A stretch of 64,000 nucleotides of DNA from an uncultured Actinomyces sp. GTDB taxonomy: Bacteria > Actinomycetota > Actinomycetes > Actinomycetales > Actinomycetaceae. The translations under genes were made by a program, and so were the position numbers. Positions 21,519 to 33,524 of this stretch are shown in pieces. The DNA is taken from NCBI GenBank assembly GCA_964345125.1, contig CAYFPY010000003.1:5185-69184 (forward strand), given 5' to 3'. The notes under the pieces were generated by a model. It was not told where the DNA came from. It was given only the letters and a program-made list of their open reading frames with translations, and did not search any database. The stretch's first letter is position 1; the number at the start of each line of letters is the position of its first letter.

Positions 21519-21520
21519 CT

Positions 21521-22576
21521 TTACTCACCATCAGGTGTCTTCTCGTCGTCCTTTTTCACTGAACTGATCACACGCTCGCTGCCAACCACGCTAATTTTGT
21601 TGTCACTGTCTTCCGGTGGCACCAGAAAGAAAATTGTGACCAGGTAGTCCACTGTGACGGTTCCCAGGACGTCTTTATTGTCTAAGTAGGCCGCTGGGGT
21701 GCCGGCCAGTTCCAGGGAGGAACGAGGCACAGTCCGCTCGTAAACAACCTTGTAGTTGAAGGAGGCGGAAACCAAAGCATCCCCGGTGGAGAGCGCCACA
21801 CCAATGACTGGATTGTCATTCGTTCGCGCTTCTGCTTTGACCCTGCCAGCAACCTCTATCGCCTTGTTCAGGTCTTTTATTTCTTCACGGAAACGGGGGC
21901 TGAACACGTCGTCGTCAAAGATCTGGTAATCCTTGTTCTTAGGTTTGTTCAAGTACTTGACGTAGGTTTCCACAGCCTTTTCCGGGGTGTGCGTCAATCC
22001 CGGGGCGTCTGCCTCTATAACTCGGGAGCCATTTTTGATCGACACACCTTTAACAGACGTGCCACCTACTAGACGGGTCCAGTTTTCCAGTTTGTAGTTG
22101 TCTTGCGCATCGCGCTGAGTAATGAAAAACAGTTCAGTTGGTTCTTCCCCATCTGTTTCGGTGGCTACCAATAGAACTCGCGGCCAAGCGTCACCCACTG
22201 TTGCCGAATGGATCTTCGGATCAATTACCAGAGGACGCATGTCCGTTTTGGTTTTCTTGGCTTGCGTGAACTGATCGGTACGCATCTGCAAGGCCTGGGC
22301 TGTTAGACGCTCGTCTAACAGCTTGGGATCATTTTCTTCTTCTGAAGCGTCGATTACGTCCTGGATTTCTTCCGTGATTCTAAGGACCTGTTCGTCGTTG
22401 AGGGTTAACTCGAGGTCTTGCGACTGGGCTTGTCCTGATTGTGCCGCACCCGACTGGGAAGACTGGCTATCTGTTGACATGGGGGCCGCAGCTTCTTTTA
22501 TTGGGACGCCACATGCTGACAACGACAGCAGTGCCACCAGGGAAATAGCAACTGCTTTTAGTGCTGTTTTGTTCAC
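21521..22576 (-). CDS. hypothetical lipoprotein
   Basis: Signal peptide with lipobox LSLSAC, followed by a Ser/Gln-rich linker. The GTG start overlaps the upstream gene's stop (GTGA). Confidence 0.65.
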   Translation of the reverse strand: MNKTALKAVAISLVALLSLSACGVPIKEAAAPMSTDSQSSQSGAAQSGQAQSQDLELTLNDEQVLRITEEIQDVIDASEEENDPKLLDERLTAQALQMRTDQFTQAKKTKTDMRPLVIDPKIHSATVGDAWPRVLLVATETDGEEPTELFFITQRDAQDNYKLENWTRLVGGTSVKGVSIKNGSRVIEADAPGLTHTPEKAVETYVKYLNKPKNKDYQIFDDDVFSPRFREEIKDLNKAIEVAGRVKAEARTNDNPVIGVALSTGDALVSASFNYKVVYERTVPRSSLELAGTPAAYLDNKDVLGTVTVDYLVTIFFLVPPEDSDNKISVVGSERVISSVKKDDEKTPDGE

Positions 22577-24129
22577 TTATCTGCTCCCTCGTCTTGAGCT
22601 CCCGGAAAGAGGTCCTCCCACTTGGATGTTTCAGTTGTGCGCCGCTGTAGCACATCGGTCGGTGGCTCTGCCTTCGAGGGAGTAACAAATGTACGTCCTT
22701 CCACCCGGAGCTGTTCCACTCCCCGCTCGCGAGCTTCACGCATGGCCCGCCTGGTTGGGAAGGCCCCTCCGGACTGCAAGGCAGTCAGATTCATCATTTG
22801 AGAATCGGTGGTCACTTCTTCCACCACTGGTTCGGGGGTCCTCATGACGCCCTGCTGCACATCTCCCGTCTCATATTCAGATACCACCAGGCCTTGCTGG
22901 TCAGGTGCCACATCACTGCTGTCGTCGAAGACTTCTACTGACTCCTGAGAATACAAAGTTTCAGGTGCAACAATGTACTCTTCCTCTTCAACCTGGTACC
23001 CGGACTGTTGGTCGTAGTGTTCGTACTCTATTTCTGAATATTCGTCACCCCCGTACTCAACCGTTCCGTACTCAGGTACTTCATATTCAGTGGTCTCGTA
23101 CTCGGCGGTTTCATACCCAACGGGACTGTAGCCCGCCTGCTCGTAATCCGACCCGGCGTAGTCAAGTTCTTCCATGTTTTGGTCGTCAGCTACGGCCGTG
23201 AACTCTGCCGGATCCGCTTGCTCAGCGGCAGCTTGCCACTGCGCAATCGTAGTTTCTTCCCCGCTCCAGTCCCCCTGAGTGTCGTCAAATTCAGGTGCCG
23301 GATCGTCTACCCAGCCCACAAGCTCGGCATCGTCTCCACCGTCTGTTTCAACAAACGCGGCCGCTTCGAGCTCTTGTTCTTCACCCGGAGTGTCGTAGTC
23401 TCCCGTTGCACTGGCGGGAGCCGGGAACACAATGTCTTGCAGCTCTTGTTCTGCCTGGGCCGCCCCCTTCCTCTTGCGGGTAAGTGCCAGGAGCAGCGCT
23501 AAGAATGCAAACACTGCCGACGTGATAAAAGATATGATTGCTAACACGTTTGGTCTTGGGGTATCCCACTTCATCGTGATGGTTGGGGCAGCTCCCTCAC
23601 CATCGGTAGCAGCAAGCAGGGACTCGTTCAGCTGTTCACCCGTTATGGTCAAGTGAACCTCGCCGTTAGCATGTTTCTGAGAGGTCCACATGTCCGACTC
23701 AATGACATTCTCGTTGGACTCGGACTTATCCTCCGCTTTCTCGGCATTGTCCTTTGACTTACCGTCATCGGACTGGGCGATTTCATCCACACCGTGGGGC
23801 AGCATCTTCAAACTATCAATTTCTGCCAAGCCGGTGATCTCTTCATAAGGTTTTCCTGCCAGCCAAGCCAGCACTTCGTCCGGCTTACCCGATGCTACCC
23901 ACACGGGACCGCCGTCTGGTGAAGCGGCGGTCACTTCGACCTCCGCAGCGTAGAGGTCCAGTGCGCCTTCCCGCGTCATAACATAGGGCTGGCCCGGCAC
24001 CCCTTCTGCGACAACCTCTTGTTGCGGCTTCCACACTGTGATGGCAAGAATTCCCAGCAGGAAAAATAGTGCTGCGATTACTGCCAGTATGATCGGAAAC
24101 TTGTATCGTTTCACCTTTAGACCTCCCAT
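22573..24129 (-). CDS. hypothetical two-TM membrane protein with a long acidic Tyr/Glu-repeat region
   Basis: TM1 is FPIILAVIAALFFLLGILAITVW and TM2 is VLAIISFITSAVFAFLALLLALT. About 230 aa of D/E/Y-rich low-complexity sequence follows, then a basic C-terminal segment. An alternative GTG start at 24114 has GGGAGG upstream. Confidence 0.6.
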   Translation of the reverse strand: MGGLKVKRYKFPIILAVIAALFFLLGILAITVWKPQQEVVAEGVPGQPYVMTREGALDLYAAEVEVTAASPDGGPVWVASGKPDEVLAWLAGKPYEEITGLAEIDSLKMLPHGVDEIAQSDDGKSKDNAEKAEDKSESNENVIESDMWTSQKHANGEVHLTITGEQLNESLLAATDGEGAAPTITMKWDTPRPNVLAIISFITSAVFAFLALLLALTRKRKGAAQAEQELQDIVFPAPASATGDYDTPGEEQELEAAAFVETDGGDDAELVGWVDDPAPEFDDTQGDWSGEETTIAQWQAAAEQADPAEFTAVADDQNMEELDYAGSDYEQAGYSPVGYETAEYETTEYEVPEYGTVEYGGDEYSEIEYEHYDQQSGYQVEEEEYIVAPETLYSQESVEVFDDSSDVAPDQQGLVVSEYETGDVQQGVMRTPEPVVEEVTTDSQMMNLTALQSGGAFPTRRAMREARERGVEQLRVEGRTFVTPSKAEPPTDVLQRRTTETSKWEDLFPGAQDEGADK

Positions 24130-24174
24130 AGTTCCGGGTTACCCACTCAAGCGTAGGCTCTCCAGCCACTCTTG

Positions 24175-24498
24175 TCACACTGGGCGCAGTTTTCTGCGCC
24201 AACAATCACTATGCCAGTGCCTTCTTCCCTCAACTCCACTCGGCTGACCAAAAGGGGCTTCTTCGGGCCAGGCAACCACATGCTCGGTGCCAATGCGGAC
24301 CTCCTGCAAACACCCCGGGCAAACATAGGGTTTCTGTGCCGGTCCGACCCGCTGCACCTGGTAAGGCAAGCCGCCAGGGCCCACTTCAGTGACTGCTACA
24401 CCACGCAGGTTCAGGGGTCTTGACGGCGCCTCCCTTTGGCGCCTTCGCCTCTTCTTACGCGCCATTACAGCCAGATCCCTTCTTGCCACCATTACCAA
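24175..24498 (-). CDS. small conserved actinobacterial protein with an Arg-rich N-terminus and a CxxC...HxxC zinc-ribbon-like motif
   Basis: YVCPGCLQEV ... HVVAWPE ... RRHWHSDCW. I recall this pattern from small actinobacterial proteins often labelled ATP/GTP-binding protein. The start codon is uncertain (24498, 24492 or 24465). Confidence 0.55.
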   Translation of the reverse strand: MVMVARRDLAVMARKKRRRRQREAPSRPLNLRGVAVTEVGPGGLPYQVQRVGPAQKPYVCPGCLQEVRIGTEHVVAWPEEAPFGQPSGVEGRRHWHSDCWRRKLRPV

Positions 24499-24567
24499 CT
24501 AGAGCCCGATATGCCGCACTCTTTATTGGCACCATAATAGTTTACAGGGAGCCCAACTGACCACGGG

Positions 24568-25266
24568 TTAGAAAAGACGTTCTTCTGAATTGTCAACACC
24601 ACGCATGTGGTCGTAATCCAGGATCAAACATTCGATGCCCCGATCCTCGGCTAAGGTTCGAGCTTGGCGGGTGATCTCCTGCGCAGCAAACACCCCTCGA
24701 ATAGCAGCCAGATCTTTCTGACGACCCAATAGATCCAGGTAGCGGGACAGTTGTTCCACCCCATCGATACCCCCGCGCCTTTTCACCTCAATAGCGACAG
24801 GTGCACCTGTGTCATCAAAAACCACCAGATCTACAGGACCCACCGGTGTTGGGTGTTCCCGCCGCAACAACGTCCACCCTCTACCCAGAATCTGCGGAAG
24901 CTGCTGTGCCAGTAGTGACTGCAAATGGTCTTCGACCCCATCCTTTTGTAACCCGGGATCCTCACCTAAATCCTCCTCTAGCTCCCTCACAACCGCAAAA
25001 ATACGCACCACCAGTAATCCATTACCCTTGTCTGAAGTAACCCGCCATACCTGCTGCACGCCAGCCTCGGCGTCTGCCTCATCCGGATCTTCTACTGTGA
25101 GAGTGGCCGGAGCCGTCATCCAATTCAGAGGCTTATAAGACCCACTTTCCGAATGAACCAGAAATGAACCATCCGACTTAATGAGCAGTAGCCGCTTGGC
25201 ACGGGGCAGGTGCGCATCTAAGCGGCCAGAATAGTCAACAGTGCAGTCAGCGATAACTAGCCGCAT
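24568..25266 (-). CDS. nucS: endonuclease NucS (EndoMS, mismatch-specific)
   Basis: N-terminus MRLVIADCTVDYSGRLDAHLP, the RecB-like nuclease core GPVDLVVFD...VAIEVKRR, and about 230 aa. Confidence 0.9.
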   Translation of the reverse strand: MRLVIADCTVDYSGRLDAHLPRAKRLLLIKSDGSFLVHSESGSYKPLNWMTAPATLTVEDPDEADAEAGVQQVWRVTSDKGNGLLVVRIFAVVRELEEDLGEDPGLQKDGVEDHLQSLLAQQLPQILGRGWTLLRREHPTPVGPVDLVVFDDTGAPVAIEVKRRGGIDGVEQLSRYLDLLGRQKDLAAIRGVFAAQEITRQARTLAEDRGIECLILDYDHMRGVDNSEERLF

Positions 25267-25306
25267 TCTTCTCCCTCCCCTGAGCAGCCACCAAATCTGC
25301 TCCAGT

Positions 25307-25705
25307 TCAACGGTCGTTGATTTCTGTTTCCTTCGGCGGAGCTGAACCGATCCACGATATTAGTCCCTGCGCATTCCCTTGTAGGACTGCAATCCTATAG
25401 GCACCCGCTGGCGCGTTAACAGTCAGGACAGTGGTTTCCGAAGCCGCAGAAAACTCGACGTTCTCAATCTCTAAAGATCGCCTTGGCAGTACTACCTGGG
25501 GAACGAATTTCCAGCCAAAAGGCGGAAACCAGCCCAGTTTGTCCTGCCCATACACGGCAGTACCCTTCCGATAGTCAGGACGGCTGGGCGTTGAAAGCCA
25601 GGCAGGAAAGGCCCCTGCACGAACAGACAGGTACAGACTCCTTATCAGTGCCAATCCAAGCAGCAGAACGATAAGCCCCAAAACGATTGCTGCAACTACA
25701 GCCAA
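25307..25705 (-). CDS. DUF2550 family membrane-anchored protein
   Basis: A single N-terminal TM helix, about 130 aa, and the conserved position immediately downstream of atpC in actinobacteria. Confidence 0.65.
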   Translation of the reverse strand: MAVVAAIVLGLIVLLLGLALIRSLYLSVRAGAFPAWLSTPSRPDYRKGTAVYGQDKLGWFPPFGWKFVPQVVLPRRSLEIENVEFSAASETTVLTVNAPAGAYRIAVLQGNAQGLISWIGSAPPKETEINDR

Positions 25706-25734
25706 TGCGCCCCTCCGCTTCCCTCCGCCAGGAC

Positions 25735-28398
<2,664 letters not shown>

Positions 28399-28407
28399 GT
28401 GCTAGCC

Positions 28408-30030
28408 TCAGCGCTGCTTCCGGACGATCTGTTCGGATGTTCGTTCAGCTTCCACGTCTCCGTCATCAAGGTCCACGCTGTCATCCTTTATCACAAAGGA
28501 TTTCTTGAAGGCCTCTGTAGTCTCCTTGAGCTCGTCTTCGGTTGCAGAATCCAGATCGCCCGTGTCTGCGATGGTCTTCAGAACCTGGGAATGAGCTGAT
28601 ACGTAGTCCAAGTAACCATCCTGGAACGAAACGATTTCGTCTAGGTCCAGATCATCAAGGTAGCCATTTGTACCGGCCCAGATAAGGACGACCTGGTCCT
28701 CCACACTCATCGGTGAGAACTGAGGTTGCTTCAATAGCTCCATCAACCGTTCGCCACGCACCAGCTGTTGGCGGGTCACAGCATCGAGGTCAGAAGCAAA
28801 CATGGCGAACGATGCCATAGCGCGATACTGCGCCAAGGTAAGCTTCAAGGTTCCGGCAACTTTCTTCATAGCCTTAATCTGTGCGTCCCCACCGACACGG
28901 GACACTGAAATACCAACATCTACTGCTGGTCGCTGGTCCGCGTTGAAAAGGTCTGACTGCAAGAAAATCTGGCCATCCGTAATCGAAATTACGTTCGTCG
29001 GAATGTAAGCCGAAACGTCATTCGCTTTTGTCTCAATAATGGGCAAACCTGTGAGCGATCCACCTCCAAGTTCATCAGAGAGTTTGGCGCAGCGTTCCAA
29101 CAGGCGCGAGTGCAAATAAAACACGTCTCCCGGGTAGGCTTCGCGACCCGGTGGGCGGCGCAGCAAGAGTGACACCGCTCGGTAGGCTTCGGCCTGCTTA
29201 GACAGGTCATCAAAGACAATCAGGACATGTTTGCCGTCGTACATCCAGTGCTGCCCAATGGCGCTTCCTGTGTAGGGTGCCAAATACTTGAACCCTGCTG
29301 GGTCAGAAGCGGGAGAAGCAACGATGGTGGTGTATTCCAAAGCTCCGGCATCTTCCAGGGTCTTGCGAACACCGGCAATCGTCGAGCCTTTCTGGCCAAC
29401 CGCTACGTAGATACAACGCACCTGCTTCTTCGGATCACCACTGTCCCAGTTTTCTTTCTGGTTCAAAATAGTGTCAACCGCAATCGCAGTTTTACCGGTC
29501 TGGCGGTCCCCAATGATCAGCTGCCTTTGACCGCGGCCAATCGGAATCATTGAGTCAATCGCCTTGAGCCCGGTCTGCAAAGGCTCATAGACGGAGCGGC
29601 GATCCATCACTCCGGGTGCCTGAAGCTCCAGGGCACGGCGCCCATCAATATCTTTGATCTCTCCCAGGCCATCAATGGGTTCCCCCAAGGGATCTACCAC
29701 TCGGCCAAGGTAGCCATCACCTACGGGAACCGAAAGAACTTCCCCGGTGCGCCGAACCTCCTGACCCTCTTCAATTCCGGAATATTCCCCCAGAATTACG
29801 GTCCCAACTTCAGTTGGTTCCAAGTTCATTGCCATTCCGAGGGTGCCGTCCTCAAAACGCAAGAGCTCATTCGCCATTGCGCCCGGCAGTCCTTCAACTT
29901 TGGCAATTCCATCCGCAGTTTCCGTCACATGCCCAATCTCTTCGGCTGCAACATCAACAGGCGTAAAGGAATCAATATAGGAGTCCAGTGCTTCCCGAAT
30001 TTTATCGGGACTAATCCCAAGGTCGGCCAT
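28408..30030 (-). CDS. atpA: F0F1 ATP synthase subunit alpha
   Basis: Walker A GDRQTGKT, with 540 aa. Confidence 0.97.
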   Translation of the reverse strand: MADLGISPDKIREALDSYIDSFTPVDVAAEEIGHVTETADGIAKVEGLPGAMANELLRFEDGTLGMAMNLEPTEVGTVILGEYSGIEEGQEVRRTGEVLSVPVGDGYLGRVVDPLGEPIDGLGEIKDIDGRRALELQAPGVMDRRSVYEPLQTGLKAIDSMIPIGRGQRQLIIGDRQTGKTAIAVDTILNQKENWDSGDPKKQVRCIYVAVGQKGSTIAGVRKTLEDAGALEYTTIVASPASDPAGFKYLAPYTGSAIGQHWMYDGKHVLIVFDDLSKQAEAYRAVSLLLRRPPGREAYPGDVFYLHSRLLERCAKLSDELGGGSLTGLPIIETKANDVSAYIPTNVISITDGQIFLQSDLFNADQRPAVDVGISVSRVGGDAQIKAMKKVAGTLKLTLAQYRAMASFAMFASDLDAVTRQQLVRGERLMELLKQPQFSPMSVEDQVVLIWAGTNGYLDDLDLDEIVSFQDGYLDYVSAHSQVLKTIADTGDLDSATEDELKETTEAFKKSFVIKDDSVDLDDGDVEAERTSEQIVRKQR

Positions 30031-30085
30031 TGATCGTTCCTACTCGCTTCGTCTCGTCGTTTATCTATCTTCATGTGCAGCGCTA

Positions 30086-30901
30086 CTAGCGGGTAAGCGC
30101 TAATTTGGCTGCGGTAATGTCTTGTTTGATTGTGGTATCGACGGATTCATCGCCCACATCCAAGCGGAAGCCACCAACAAGAGCCGGATCGACCACGGTG
30201 ACCAGCACCATTGGGCGATCCCACTTCCGTTCCGCCACCTTCTGCAGTCTTTGGGCCTGCTCTTGTGATAGCTGTCTAGCGCTCGTTGCAATAGCTAGAG
30301 ATTTCTTCTCCAGCTGGGTGGCTCTTTGCGCGTATTCACGCAGAGTTTGCGCGAGCCGTCCATGCTTTGCGTTACCGGAGGCATGAGCAACCAAGCCCAG
30401 CACGCTCTCATCCAGATAGTCGCCAAAAAGTTCCTTGGTGAACTGCGCACGCTGCTTACCTGTGCCATCACCCAGATCTGAAAGTTCAACACGCAGAGCC
30501 CGATTGTCCAAAATCAGTGTGTACGTATCTACAAGCTGCTGGGCAACGGCCTCAACACCTACGGAAGATACCGCACTCATGAGGAAAGCATCGGTCGCTA
30601 ACTGGTCCACAGTTGCGACAAATCCCGCCTCCTCAGACCAATGAAGCTGCACAAGCGTCTTTAAGATGCGTAAAGCCGCCTGCCCCACTTGCCCCGCGAA
30701 AACGTCTTCAGCCAGCTTTTCCTTATCGGCGGTAGGACGAGACACATCGATCAGTGCCTTGACCAACGAGGGGTTCTGCCGCAGCAAATCTGAAACACCA
30801 AAAAGCTGTTCCCCAACGCTTTCCCCAGAAGATCCCCCCTGAAGCACATCGGAAAGGACTGCCTCACCTTTGGCGTAATTGTTCTGCTGCTCGGCACTCA
30901 T
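30086..30901 (-). CDS. atpH: F0F1 ATP synthase subunit delta (long actinobacterial form)
   Basis: Operon position between atpF and atpA. OSCP-like C-terminus VVDPALVGGFRLDVGDESVDTTIKQDI. Confidence 0.85.
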   Translation of the reverse strand: MSAEQQNNYAKGEAVLSDVLQGGSSGESVGEQLFGVSDLLRQNPSLVKALIDVSRPTADKEKLAEDVFAGQVGQAALRILKTLVQLHWSEEAGFVATVDQLATDAFLMSAVSSVGVEAVAQQLVDTYTLILDNRALRVELSDLGDGTGKQRAQFTKELFGDYLDESVLGLVAHASGNAKHGRLAQTLREYAQRATQLEKKSLAIATSARQLSQEQAQRLQKVAERKWDRPMVLVTVVDPALVGGFRLDVGDESVDTTIKQDITAAKLALTR

Positions 30902-31472
30902 TAGTTCTTTGCTCCGACATCTGAAGCTGAGAGATCAGCTTCAAGCTCATCCATGAAACGGTCTATCACACGCTGAGACAATGCTTCATCTTTTAGCTGT
31001 TCGCCAACTATCTTCTCAGCTAGCTCCGAAGCTAAACCTCCCACATCTTGTCTCAAAGAGATTTGCGCCGCTTCCTTCTCAACCTCAATCTGCTTAGAGG
31101 CGTTCTCCCGAATGCGTTCCGCTTCCGCGCTCGCGTCCTTCTGGGCCTGCGCAACAATCCGTTTTGCATCCGCTGATGCTTGGTCACGTATCTCGCGAGC
31201 CTCAGCAGTTGCATTACGCATCAACTCTTCGCGTTCCCTGCGAGCCAACGCCGCTTCTTCCTGCGCAGTTTCGGCTGCTCGAAGGCCCTCATCAATTTTA
31301 TCGCGACGCTCGTCCAGCATTGTGTAGATCTTGGGCAGTGCGGCCCGAATTACGAACCAAAGCCCCAAAAGGATCAGGGCAGACCAAAAGATCTCATAAA
31401 TTGGCGGAATTAAAACATCCAAACCGCCCACAGTATTTTCTTGCATTGCTAGAAGACCTGGCAATCCTGTCA

Positions 31473-31473
<1 letters not shown>
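30901..31473 (-). CDS. atpF: F0F1 ATP synthase subunit b
   Basis: One N-terminal TM helix (IFWSALILLGLWFVI) followed by a long charged helix. The start is uncertain (a GTG at 31473 overlapping the atpE stop, or an ATG at 31446). Confidence 0.85.
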
Positions 31474-31706
<233 letters not shown>

Positions 31707-31713
31707 TTACTAA

Positions 31714-32463
31714 TCAGTTTGCTTCCACTGACATCTTTATGTACACGGCTGTCAGGACGGTAAAAACGTATGCCTGCAGGACCGCTACAAAAATCTCAAA
31801 AAATGTTACCAGGACAGCCGCTACCAAGGTTAGCGGAGACAGAAACTTAATCCCACCCGCACTTAGAAGCAGAGTCTGCGTTCCAAAATATGTTAGTGCC
31901 AGCAGCATGTGTCCCGCCACCATGTTTGCCAGAACACGTATTGCTAAAGTGGCCGGTCGAACAATGAACGTTGACACGAACTCGATCGGGGTCAACAAGA
32001 TGTAAACGGGCCACGGAACGCCCGGCGGGAAAAGCTGCTCTTTCAAGAAAGTCAGTCCACCCCGACTTTTTATTCCGGCCGCAATGAACGTGACGTACGA
32101 AATGACGGCAAAAACCAGCGGAACAGACATGACGGAAGAAGCCGCAATATTTATGCCCGGTATGATGCCGGTGAAGTTCATGGCCAAAACGCCAAAGAAG
32201 ACAAAACCTAAAATGGTTGCATACCTTTGGCCACGAGCCGTACCCAATAGGTTGATACCAATCTGCTGGCGAACAAAGTCCGCGAGCATCTCCATTAGCA
32301 CCTGTCCCCGTCCGGGGTGAAGTTTCAGTCCGGCAGCAACCACAATGAAGATTAACGCCAATACCCCAGCCGCGATGAAACGCGCTAAAGTCATTCGATT
32401 AATTTCAAAATGTGTTCCCTCCCAGATCATAGCTTCCGGGAAAAAGTCCATCACCGAGGGCAT
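31714..32463 (-). CDS. atpB: F0F1 ATP synthase subunit a
   Basis: About 250 aa, multi-TM, with the conserved Arg region ATLAIRVLANMVAGH. See the finding on the stop-free upstream extension. Confidence 0.9.
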   Translation of the reverse strand: MPSVMDFFPEAMIWEGTHFEINRMTLARFIAAGVLALIFIVVAAGLKLHPGRGQVLMEMLADFVRQQIGINLLGTARGQRYATILGFVFFGVLAMNFTGIIPGINIAASSVMSVPLVFAVISYVTFIAAGIKSRGGLTFLKEQLFPPGVPWPVYILLTPIEFVSTFIVRPATLAIRVLANMVAGHMLLALTYFGTQTLLLSAGGIKFLSPLTLVAAVLVTFFEIFVAVLQAYVFTVLTAVYIKMSVEAN

Positions 32464-32807
32464 GTGTACACCCTGACTGGGATCCTTCAGAAAACTTATA
32501 AGGCCCGGTCCCGCAGATAGGGCTAAAACTGCTATAAGGACAACTAATCCTACTATCCACCATGTGGGTGTTTTGCGGTCCCTCTTACTATCAGGCCGCA
32601 GTGTAGCTTGTTGCGTAGACAGGGCTACCTCCGTGACGACTTGGTTTTCAACAAAGAAATCAACGTGGTCTATAGTACCAGCTCTTGAGGCTCCCAGAGT
32701 CCAAACGGTCCTTTTATAAGCTGGGCCGCGTAGACGTTGACTACCAAACCTTGTAATTTAAGGGAAAATGAAGCTAAGGCGAGCAGCCACGACCAGGGAG
32801 GACAGCT

Positions 32808-33524
32808 TTGGGCACTCAAGGTACAGATGCCGGAGATAAACAAAAGGCGCAGCCCCTGGTTCACGACCCCTTCAGGAAGCTTTCCAGTTCAGGGGTCGCG
32901 GCAGCGCTAGTTATCACCCTGCTCATGTTCCGACTATTTGCCGTCTCAGGCTGGGACTGGCAGGTGGCTACCGAAATTGTTGACTCATTCTCCGTAGCGG
33001 ACGCACTCTCTATCGGTTTAGGCACCCTGTTTGAAAGGCCCGTTATAACGGGTGCCTTAATTGTCGTAGCTCTGCCACTAAGCCTGTTCCGCGACTACTG
33101 GTTAGCCCAAGGGACCAACACCCGCGCCCGCGCCAACAACGCCTTTCTAGTTCTCGGTATGCTCACAGTTCTTGTTGTACTGATCCGCACGTTTCAAATG
33201 TGGTGGGCGCTAGTAAGCGCCGTTCTTCTCACCATCGTCCTGGTCCTGATCGGCTATCTATGGCGAAAAGGTACAGCCCGCCCGCTCCTCGCACAACTGG
33301 GTAAACACGTTGGAATTTTCCTGGCCGTAGCGGCCCTCATACTCTCAGCCGTGATACAAACACCCTGGATGGCTAGGGAACGCATTGAAACACCCGTAGA
33401 AGTTATCTACGGCTACGTCCTGGAGAACAACCCCGGTTTCCTCAAAGTGCTAACCGATGACCGCGAAGTCATTATCCTGCCCGACGTCGACGTCACAAGC
33501 CGGACCATTGTGGGTTCGCCCTAG
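32808..33524 (+). CDS. hypothetical polytopic membrane protein
   Basis: The TTG start is preceded by GGAGGA at 5-nt spacing. There are about 5-6 hydrophobic segments. It is the only plus-strand gene inside the wecA-atp block. I recognise no family. Confidence 0.6.
   Translation: MGTQGTDAGDKQKAQPLVHDPFRKLSSSGVAAALVITLLMFRLFAVSGWDWQVATEIVDSFSVADALSIGLGTLFERPVITGALIVVALPLSLFRDYWLAQGTNTRARANNAFLVLGMLTVLVVLIRTFQMWWALVSAVLLTIVLVLIGYLWRKGTARPLLAQLGKHVGIFLAVAALILSAVIQTPWMARERIETPVEVIYGYVLENNPGFLKVLTDDREVIILPDVDVTSRTIVGSP

Noticed and set aside
32670-32864. A hydrophobic 64-aa minus-strand ORF upstream of atpB, considered as a possible AtpI/AtpZ gene.
   Set aside because: It has no SD. It starts inside the plus-strand membrane gene and runs antisense to that gene's SD and TTG start. 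Its hydrophobicity is explained by being the complement of that region. The AtpI-like role is better filled by 33493-33927.
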